DNA of 32,000 nucleotides, taken from positions 1 through 32,000 of the forward strand of contig CAYHAA010000015.1 in NCBI GenBank assembly GCA_964354495.1, given 5' to 3'. This DNA comes from an uncultured archaeon (lineage in GTDB: Archaea > Asgardarchaeota > Thorarchaeia > Thorarchaeales > Thorarchaeaceae). A program made the position numbers and the translations under genes. The notes beneath the pieces were generated by a model, which was given only the letters and a program-made list of their open reading frames with translations, searched no databases and was not told the DNA's origin. Of this stretch, positions 7,542 through 15,078 are shown one piece after another (within the stretch, counting starts at the first letter, position 1; the number at the start of each line of letters is the position of its first letter).

Positions 7542-10013
7542 TCATGCCTTGTTATCTGTCGGGGGAAGAATGTAGATTGAACCTTCCACCTCAAGAAGCT
7601 TGACTTCCACAAACTTGGCGTCGTTGGGCTGTCCAAAGCTGATTTTCTCAATGCCATGCATTGCCTGAAGGTCCTTTGCCCACGGTTGGAGATTCTCTGA
7701 GATATATGCCTCAGGGAGTCCCTGTCTCAGCGAGATTCCAGATTCACGCTTGAATTTCCAGAATGCTTGGTTTGTCTGAAGCAACAGCTCTGTGTGTTTC
7801 GTCAGATCTGACTCCCAGTCCTTACGCACTGAGGGATAGCTCTGTCTGTGAACTCCGCTCTCATCGTAGAGCTCCCTGTAGATTCGATCAGTGATGTAGG
7901 GAGTGACTGGAGCCAGTGCTCGGGTTACAGTCTTCAATACCTCATGTAAAGTGAACCACGCAGATTTCTGTTCATCTTCTGAAAAGGTCCCATCCGTATT
8001 GAATGCGCGTCCCTTGATCATCTCCATGACATGGTCTGCGAAGAAGTTCCAAGTGAACCCTCGAACTTCTGTTGCGGGCTTGTGAAAGTCAAGAAGGTCA
8101 CACTCAGGCACTATTCGCTCCACGACCTTGTTCAGTTCTGCAAGAATCCATTGATCCACACATGTAAGTTTCTTGAAAGCTATCTCTTTGGGAATTGGAA
8201 ACATCGAGATGAAACGAGCGATATTCCAGAGCTTGGTCATATACTTCGATACTCCAGCCAAGCGCTCCTCAGAGAAACGAACATCGCTGCCGAGTCCAGC
8301 CTCAAGAACTCCAAACATACGCATCGCATCGGCACCATACTTCTCAACGAAGGGCATTGGAGGTGGTGAGTTGCCTTTGGACTTGCTCATTGTTTCACCG
8401 TTTTCATCTACTACGTGACCAGAGACCCATGCTTCCTTGAAGGCGGCTTTCCCTGTCAGCTGCAGAGTTCGGAGAAGAGAGTAATAAAGCCAAGTCCGCA
8501 CAATGTCCTTTCCCTGTGGACGAAGTACATTTCCAAAGGCCTTCTTGAAAAGTTTTTCATTATGCATGAATCCTATTACTTGGAGACCCGTGGTAGACGA
8601 GTCCATCCATGTGTCAAAAGTACGTTCCTCTCCTCTGAATCCCTCTTCCACACCACACTTGGGGCACTTAGAGAAGGGAGGATTCTCTCGCCATGGCTGG
8701 TAATACTTGGGTTCTCCAGTGAACTCCGGAAGAACAGCTGCGCCACATGAGTTGCAGTACCAGATCGGAATTTCAGTGCCATAGTATCTGCGTCTGCTGA
8801 CCGGCCAGTCTACAGTGACTCTGTTGAGCCAATCGATGAGAATCTGTCTGTGAAATGCTGGGAAGAAGGTCATCTCTTTGGCAATCTTCAGCAATTCCTC
8901 GACGAACTCCACCTGTTTCACGTAATACTCGTTCATAGCGATGAACTCGATAGGAGTACCGCTGCGCCAGCAGAGGGGCATTCTCTGCATTGTCTGTTCC
9001 TGTCGGACAAGCAGTTTCTTCTTCTTCAGTTCAGCCAGAATTGCCTTCCTGGCGTCAGCTATGGACATGCCCGCATATTTCCCAGCAGCCTCAGTCATTG
9101 AACCCTCGGGTGTGATGGCGGTAATTGGAGTGAGCGCATGGTCTCTGAAGGCCATCACATCTGCCTGATCACCATAACTACAGACCATTAGAGCTCCTGA
9201 GCCGAACTCCATCTGAGCTGTCGAGCTCACTATGATGGGTACTTCAAGGTCGAAGATTGGAACCTTCACTCTCTTTCCATGATAGGCAGAATATCGTGTG
9301 TCATCAGGATGAACAAACACTGCACCGCATGCACAGAGTAGCTCAGGTCTCGTTGTAGCAATTTCAATCGGGTCAAGTCCTTCCACCTGAAAGAGCAGAT
9401 AATTCAGAATGGTCTGACGTTCAGAATACTCCACTTCAGCATCTGCGATAGTCGTACCACAGTCAAGACACCAATTGTTTGGACGTACATCGGAATACAC
9501 AAGGCCCTTGTTCCAAATCTCAATGAACGTGGCCTGAGTCACAGCCCTGAATCGTGGGCTATCGGTGCGATAACTGCCCCTATCCTCATACGTGTTGAAG
9601 GCAATCCCAAGTCTCTTGAAGGCACGAATAGCTATCTTTTCATCATCATCTAGCCGTTTCTTGCACAGGTGGAGAAACTCATCACGGGGTGTCTTGTGCA
9701 TACTGATACCGAGGTCCTTCTCGACTCGGATCTCTACCGGCAGACCATTACGGTCAATTCCAAGTGGAAAATTGACCTCGAACCCCTGCATTCGTCTGTA
9801 GCGTGCAATAGCGTCAATCTGTGTATAGTGCGTGACCTGCCCTACGTGCATAGGGCCTGAGAGATAGGGAGGGGGAGTATCAACCGTGTAGATCTTCTTC
9901 CCTGAGTCCATATTGAACTCGTATGTATCTTCCTTTGCCCAAGTCTCCAGCAGTTCAGCCTCTGATTCAGGTATCCACCGTTTGGACTTGATTTTGGGTT
10001 CTAAGTTCGACAA
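7542..10013 (-). CDS. valS: Valyl-tRNA synthetase, archaeal type (probable TTG start at 10013; ORF track extends to 10229)
   Basis: DTPPPY..HVGQ (HIGH), GLPVE, TTRPELL, DWPVSRRRYYG, DTWMDSS, TMSKSKGN (KMSKS). GGAGA precedes the TTG. Confidence 0.93.
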   Translation of the reverse strand: MSNLEPKIKSKRWIPESEAELLETWAKEDTYEFNMDSGKKIYTVDTPPPYLSGPMHVGQVTHYTQIDAIARYRRMQGFEVNFPLGIDRNGLPVEIRVEKDLGISMHKTPRDEFLHLCKKRLDDDEKIAIRAFKRLGIAFNTYEDRGSYRTDSPRFRAVTQATFIEIWNKGLVYSDVRPNNWCLDCGTTIADAEVEYSERQTILNYLLFQVEGLDPIEIATTRPELLCACGAVFVHPDDTRYSAYHGKRVKVPIFDLEVPIIVSSTAQMEFGSGALMVCSYGDQADVMAFRDHALTPITAITPEGSMTEAAGKYAGMSIADARKAILAELKKKKLLVRQEQTMQRMPLCWRSGTPIEFIAMNEYYVKQVEFVEELLKIAKEMTFFPAFHRQILIDWLNRVTVDWPVSRRRYYGTEIPIWYCNSCGAAVLPEFTGEPKYYQPWRENPPFSKCPKCGVEEGFRGEERTFDTWMDSSTTGLQVIGFMHNEKLFKKAFGNVLRPQGKDIVRTWLYYSLLRTLQLTGKAAFKEAWVSGHVVDENGETMSKSKGNSPPPMPFVEKYGADAMRMFGVLEAGLGSDVRFSEERLAGVSKYMTKLWNIARFISMFPIPKEIAFKKLTCVDQWILAELNKVVERIVPECDLLDFHKPATEVRGFTWNFFADHVMEMIKGRAFNTDGTFSEDEQKSAWFTLHEVLKTVTRALAPVTPYITDRIYRELYDESGVHRQSYPSVRKDWESDLTKHTELLLQTNQAFWKFKRESGISLRQGLPEAYISENLQPWAKDLQAMHGIEKISFGQPNDAKFVEVKLLEVEGSIYILPPTDNKA

Positions 10014-10250
10014 AAGGTTCAATCTCCTTGATGTCAACAAGGGTCGGCTCTCGCCGCTTAGACTCGCTGAGGTTATTCCACCTAAAAGGGCTTTGGTCAG
10101 TTCTATTTGCCTATGTGGCCTGCATGACATTGCAGCGACTCTGGGAGAAAAACGGTGGTGTTCGAAAATTCGGCGAACTGGTGCATTCAAGAAAGCTTCT
10201 TTAATGGTCAGAAGGAAGACTATCCACAAGGCGTACTAAGAGGACTTGCC

Positions 10251-10952
10251 ATGAGAGCAGTGCTAAAACTTGGAGGGTCTCTCCTCTATGACAAAGACGG
10301 CAATGTAATCGTCGATAGAGTGAAGGACTATGCCAATATCATCAAGTCCTTGGTGAAAGAGGGCCATTCTATTGTTATCGTGGTCGGTGGTGGCAAGCCA
10401 GCGCGAACGTTCATAGATGCAGCTCGGTCTCTCGGAGCGACCGAGGCTCAGTGTGACTGGCTTGGGATTAAACTAGCTAGAAACAATGCAGAGCTGTTAT
10501 GCGCTGCCCTTGGCAATATTGCGTATCCGACGATAGTGGAAACCCTTGACGAACTTGAAGTCGCTGTCAACCTGAGTAAGGTTGTGTTAATGGGAGGCCT
10601 GATACCAGCACAGTCCACCAACGCAGTCGCAGCAGTAGCAGCCGAAACTGTTCGAGCGGAGATTCTGTTTAATGCAACCAATATCGATGGGGTCTATGAC
10701 AGAGATCCTAAGAAGACCGGCGCCATGAAACTGGAGTCTGTCACCATTGACAAGTTGCGGAAGATACTCGAAGCCGGAGGTACAAAAGCTGGGGAGTACA
10801 AGCTGTTCGATCCGGTCGCCATTAGGGTTGTTGAGCGATCAAAGATACCTACAATCATTTTCGATGGGACAGATGCAAGCAATTTCTCACGAGCATTTCG
10901 TGGAGAAAAGATTGGTACCCGAGTTGTATTTGATAATGCAAAACAGAGGTAA
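10251..10952 (+). CDS. pyrH: UMP kinase (start ATG 10251)
   Basis: VLKLGGS, VVGGG..AR, CDWLGI, PAQSTNAVAA, ATNIDGVYDRDP, FDPVA. Confidence 0.93.
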   Translation: MRAVLKLGGSLLYDKDGNVIVDRVKDYANIIKSLVKEGHSIVIVVGGGKPARTFIDAARSLGATEAQCDWLGIKLARNNAELLCAALGNIAYPTIVETLDELEVAVNLSKVVLMGGLIPAQSTNAVAAVAAETVRAEILFNATNIDGVYDRDPKKTGAMKLESVTIDKLRKILEAGGTKAGEYKLFDPVAIRVVERSKIPTIIFDGTDASNFSRAFRGEKIGTRVVFDNAKQR

Positions 10953-10958
10953 AATGAC

Positions 10959-11249
10959 TTGAAGAAGTTACTTGAGAAAGTTTTCGCATCCCGAGCTCAG
11001 ACACGTGTGGTCCAGCATTTCTTGGACCGCCCAAAGGATTTCTTCAACCTCAGTAGAGTTGCAAAGGAAACAGGTCTGGCACATTCTACCATACATCGTG
11101 TGATGCAGCCTCTGGTTGATATGGGCATCGTCAAGGAGATCAAGGTCGGGCAGCAGATACGCCTGTTCATCCTAGAGACCGAGGACCCCAAGTCCAAGAT
11201 TATCTCCGAGTTCTATGATACAATCAGGCCACACCTCGAAGGCCCCTGA
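10959..11249 (+). CDS. Stand-alone winged-HTH protein
   Basis: FNLSRVAKETGLAHSTIHRVMQPLVDMGIV followed by a wing. Confidence 0.82.
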   Translation: MKKLLEKVFASRAQTRVVQHFLDRPKDFFNLSRVAKETGLAHSTIHRVMQPLVDMGIVKEIKVGQQIRLFILETEDPKSKIISEFYDTIRPHLEGP

Positions 11250-11544
11250 ATTTCTACGGAAATGACTATATACCATAGATAATTCAGTTCTGCCTACATG
11301 GGTCGAGGTGGTCATTCAGCCGCTAAGTCTGGATTGTAGGTATCTTTGATCGTTCAACAACTCTTATACGACTAAGTGCTTGATAGGCTATTTGAGCGGA
11401 TAGTTAGGATGGAGGTCAATGATGTCTAACGATGGTCTGGTATTGAGAAACTAGACAAAAGACGATAATGATTACAAGTTCTATCCCTTCTAACTATCCA
11501 ATATAAACAGCACTAAGACACGAAGTACTCTAGGTGACTTGTAG

Positions 11545-12081
11545 ATGAGTTCCTCGGAACGTGCCCATTGGAAATTCCAACTAAGTCCAACTGAAGTGAT
11601 TCTGCTATTGCTATTCGTGATGTTATTCATACCCACATTTGGCACCCTTCGTAACTTGGAGAATTCACTCGCATATTCCATCGATTCACTGACGTGGCGA
11701 CTTCTTTTCTATCGTGATGGTTCTATCTCCTTTAGATTGGATATTGCCTTGTTCTACCTTCAAGATCATATGTTGAAGTACCTTCTAGTCTTTCAGTTCT
11801 ATAGATACAATAGACATGCTACAACTAGGAAACGAGTCTTATTACTTGCAGTGCTCAGTGAACTTCAGATGATCCTGGTGATTGATTTACCCAAGACCAT
11901 TGCAGTAATTCAAGGAGCGAATATTTGGACCAACTTCATTTGGTATATTCCGATTCCTATCGTTTTGATTGTCTCTATCTTCCTGTTGAGATTTGTACCA
12001 CGTCCAGAGTCTGAACCAATGTGGATCGATAAGGAAGAAGAGAAACCATGGTGGGTAACGAAGCAATATCAAAGCCAATAG
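11545..12081 (+). CDS. Hypothetical membrane protein (~3-4 TM), low GC
   Basis: Hydrophobic segments and a Pro/acidic/Trp tail (PRPESEPMW..KPWW). Confidence 0.72.
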   Translation: MSSSERAHWKFQLSPTEVILLLLFVMLFIPTFGTLRNLENSLAYSIDSLTWRLLFYRDGSISFRLDIALFYLQDHMLKYLLVFQFYRYNRHATTRKRVLLLAVLSELQMILVIDLPKTIAVIQGANIWTNFIWYIPIPIVLIVSIFLLRFVPRPESEPMWIDKEEEKPWWVTKQYQSQ

Positions 12082-12230
12082 GTCAGGGGTGTAGGTACCA
12101 AGGTTCGCCGAGGTATTCAGCCCACCAGTGCTAATGTCCGAGGCGTGCAGACTGAGTGTGTGTTCATGTAGTACCTAGAGTTGTCTAGGGGTTTTGTAGA
12201 AGTACTTCCATCCTTTGTTGCCTTTTTTGC

Positions 12231-12359
12231 ATGTATAATTCACTCCTAAATGAAAACAAATCGACAAGAAACATGGTTGAGAATAGTAGAACTGCAGTTC
12301 ATGAGCTAGGACACGCACCCTCTCACAGTGATTCCATCGTCGCTGTCTGTCCAAAATGA
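12231..12359 (+). pseudogene. Possible remnant of a zinc metallopeptidase (HEXXH)
   Basis: 42-codon frame MYNSLLNENKSTRNMVENSRTAVHELGHAPSHSDSIVAVCPK contains TAVHELGHA. It is too short to be a functional enzyme. Confidence 0.3.
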
Positions 12360-12390
12360 CTATATACTGATTGGATTTCTGGGAGTCCAA

Positions 12391-12542
12391 GCCGAGATAG
12401 CCAAGCCCGGTTAAAGGCGGTGGGCTCAAGATCGTTCAAGCTGCCGGCTTGACTCCGAAGAGATATCCACTCTCGTAGGGGTTCATGGGTTCGCAGAAGT
12501 CGATTTCCGCCTTCTGGCCTAAGAATCCCATTCTCGGCACCA
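12391..12542 (+). tRNA. tRNA-Leu(CAA) with two introns: 37/38 (12431-12464, 34 nt) and T-loop 56/57 (12493-12522, 30 nt); CCA encoded
   Basis: Acceptor GCCGAGA/TCTCGGC+A+CCA, D arm GCC..GGC, anticodon stem GTGGG/TCCAC with loop CT-CAA-G|A, Leu-type variable arm, T stem ATGGG/CCCAT with loop TTC|GAAT. Both introns fold into BHB-like motifs. TATATAC lies 30 nt upstream. Confidence 0.92.
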
Positions 12543-12706
12543 TTCCTTCTTCAAGAACACTAAAGGTAGGCGGATTGCATATTATTCCAAATATTGAACC
12601 CCCCTGCAATGCAGTAAGGTATACACTAAACAACACTGATTAAGGCGAGAAACTAGAGCAGGTCAGTTGTGCCATCGCGAATAAAACAACTAATCGATGA
12701 TCTGAA

Positions 12707-13618
12707 GTGTTACTCAAACATGAAGAATTCTTGCAAGCATTTGAGTTTGTCAAGAACAATGCAAGAGAACTGGATAGGAAACTGATTGAATCTCAATTTG
12801 AAAACGAATCAGAGAAGGAAGTACGTAAGGCCTTAGTGAAGTACCAGAATCCAGATGGAGGATTTGGTAATGCAATAGAACCCGATTTTCGACTCAAAGC
12901 ATCTTCTCCAATGGCAACATCAGTAGGACTACAGTACTGCACTCAAATCGAATTAGACTCTGCTGACCCAATCATTGAATCGGCGATGAGGTATCTTGTA
13001 TCTACATATCAATCAGATGGCGGATATTGGCCTCCTACATTTACGAATGTAAATGAAGAGCCACATGCACCTTGGTGGCATGTAGAGAGCATCATTTCGC
13101 CATCAGAGGCAAGATGGCCGAATCCAAATGCAGAGCTTGTGGGCTACATGAACAAGTATGCGATACATGTTCCGAAGGACGTTCTAATCGCTGTAAATCG
13201 GCGTGCCCTTCTCAATCTTGAGAGTTCGACATATATTGAAGGTCTGATTTACGATATCGTATGTTGGAATCGTGCATATTCACACCTTCCTGATGCCTTG
13301 AGAAGGAAGGCTACTGATAAGATTGAAAGAACTCTTCGAAAGATTATGCCAACGATTGAACAAGTATTACGAGAGGTCCGGGTCTTTGTGATAGCTCCAG
13401 ATCCTCGATCACTCTTGTATCGACTTTACCCCGACAGAGTAACTGGGCTAATCGCCTCCCAGATACAGAAACAATCCGATGATGGGGGTTGGTGGCCAAC
13501 ATGGGAGTGGGGTCAATACATGGATAGCTGGTCACTTGCAAAAAAGGAATGGGCAGGAAAGATAACTGTCGAGTGCCTGATATCTCTCAAGCAATACAAT
13601 CTCATTGAAATGATGTGA
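12707..13618 (+). CDS. Prenyltransferase/squalene-cyclase-repeat (alpha/alpha toroid) family hypothetical protein
   Basis: QW-like repeats YQNPDGGFG..EPD, YQSDGGYW, QSDDGGWWPTW. Confidence 0.72.
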   Translation: MLLKHEEFLQAFEFVKNNARELDRKLIESQFENESEKEVRKALVKYQNPDGGFGNAIEPDFRLKASSPMATSVGLQYCTQIELDSADPIIESAMRYLVSTYQSDGGYWPPTFTNVNEEPHAPWWHVESIISPSEARWPNPNAELVGYMNKYAIHVPKDVLIAVNRRALLNLESSTYIEGLIYDIVCWNRAYSHLPDALRRKATDKIERTLRKIMPTIEQVLREVRVFVIAPDPRSLLYRLYPDRVTGLIASQIQKQSDDGGWWPTWEWGQYMDSWSLAKKEWAGKITVECLISLKQYNLIEMM

Positions 13619-13808
13619 TAGAGGCGGCAGTATAAGAACTATGATAGATACCGTCGATCATTGAACACGAGTCACTGAATCCGACCAATCTCTCTTGATT
13701 CTCTATCTTCCCTAAGATTGATATCATAAGAACAATACCAAACAAAGATCTGCAGCTATCTATCATCTTCCAGCAAGAGTCTAAAAACATCATAAACATG
13801 GATTCGTA

Positions 13809-14837
13809 GTGAATGTTAGGAGAAACAAGCGAATGAATGTTAAGTCAGATAAGACTCCTGAGATGACTAATGTTGTCAGTGATGACTTCATAGTTAGCGC
13901 GACCAAACTTGTCTCCAAGACTGCGAATCTGTACTCTGCCAAGATAGGAGTCTATGTACTGATGATAGGACTGTTTCAGTTTCTCTTCGGTCTGGTTGCA
14001 GATCTCCTCTTTTTTTCCTCACCTCCTTTCATTCGTCCATTCTACACTGCTACAATGGGCACGGATCTATTCTCTTTTCTTACTGCCTCTCTGAATTTGA
14101 TTGGGTTCTCCAACAGCCTGATTATTTGGAATCTGGCCTTCTACTCAATAGGGGCAGTTGTCTTCGCTATCTTTCGTGGAGGAGTAGTAAAATACACTCT
14201 TGATATCTATAGGAATACGTCCAAGGATGGCGCAAGAAGGAGTCTGTTTTTCGCGGGAAATCGGGCAGGTACGCTCATTGCCATACAGCTAATTATCGGT
14301 TCTTTAATTCTCTTGATAGAATCTCCGGTTCTATTGGCACTAATCGATGGGAGAATACTGCTATACCCAATAAGACCATATTCATACCTAAATGCAATCA
14401 TCAATTATCTCCCGCTGTTATTGATTTGTCTATCAGGAGTCGTTTATGTTTCTGTCCGTTTTGCCCCGGCTGCTGCAGTGGCTGTTTCAGAAGACTTGAA
14501 CACTACAGATTCTCTGAGAAGAGCTTGGAAATTGACTAGCGGTGAATCAATACATACTCTCAAGGGGATTTTCCTGTTAATGGTAATACTAGGTTCATTG
14601 ACTGGACTTCTGTCCTTCCTTGCATTAATGTTGCTTGCTGGATTCACGGTTTGGATGACCTTACTTCCAGCAGCAATTAATCAGCTGTTTCTCAGTCCTA
14701 TTTTCTGTGTTTTTGAGGCCGCATTATACATGAATTTGCTGGCTCGCAAGCAATCCAAAGCTAAAGAGTGGTGGAACCAACCTGCTGGAGGCATGAATGA
14801 AAGAGATAGCAGCGGCAGTACATATGATACAAGATAG
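13809..14837 (+). CDS. Hypothetical multi-pass membrane protein
   Basis: ~6 TM segments with the pattern ..SLRRAWKLTSG.., typical of uncharacterised integral membrane families. The start is uncertain (GTG 13809 or a later ATG). Confidence 0.72.
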   Translation: MNVRRNKRMNVKSDKTPEMTNVVSDDFIVSATKLVSKTANLYSAKIGVYVLMIGLFQFLFGLVADLLFFSSPPFIRPFYTATMGTDLFSFLTASLNLIGFSNSLIIWNLAFYSIGAVVFAIFRGGVVKYTLDIYRNTSKDGARRSLFFAGNRAGTLIAIQLIIGSLILLIESPVLLALIDGRILLYPIRPYSYLNAIINYLPLLLICLSGVVYVSVRFAPAAAVAVSEDLNTTDSLRRAWKLTSGESIHTLKGIFLLMVILGSLTGLLSFLALMLLAGFTVWMTLLPAAINQLFLSPIFCVFEAALYMNLLARKQSKAKEWWNQPAGGMNERDSSGSTYDTR

Positions 14838-15078
14838 GATTGAGTGGTTTCTTCATATTATGGTCTGATAGAGAAAGTGGCGGTTTCTCACATTAGAAGC
14901 CATCAGTCTTGCCGGTGGAGTCCTCTTCAAGGGGAGGCGGCACACTATGTATCGCCTCTACGGAAGCAGAAACTCATACATTGATGTGGTCTACTCGGTC
15001 AAGGCAACCGACACAGAGGACAATGTCTACTCCAGAGAAATCAGTAGCTTGTCCTCGGCACCATCGTACCTCTGATTC

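Larger units (their letters stand above)
11260..12367 (+). repeat. 14-bp direct repeat AAATGACTATATAC (11260-11273 and 12354-12367)
   Basis: Exact match read from the sequence. The second copy contains the TATA box of tRNA-Leu. Confidence 0.5.
12533..15064 (+). repeat. 11-bp direct repeat CTCGGCACCAT (tRNA-Leu 3' end 12533-12543; copy 15054-15064), possible att scar
   Basis: Exact match bracketing two lower-GC genes. No integrase is present. Confidence 0.4.

Noticed and set aside
10014-10250. N-terminal extensions of valS (to 10229) and pyrH (from 10155), which would overlap head-to-head
   Set aside because: Homology starts at LSNLEPKI and MRAVLKLGGS, each with an RBS-like sequence upstream. 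The extensions are longest-ORF artefacts.
12175-12636. ORF-track entries 12175-12429 and 12436-12636 (minus)
   Set aside because: They are antisense to tRNA-Leu and have no protein-like features.
14889-14982. tRNA-Sec-like cloverleaf (CT-TCA-AG loop, CACATTAG/TTGATGTG stem)
   Set aside because: No T-arm consensus, only a 4-bp anticodon stem, no GG in the D-loop and no CCA. Probably over-fitting.
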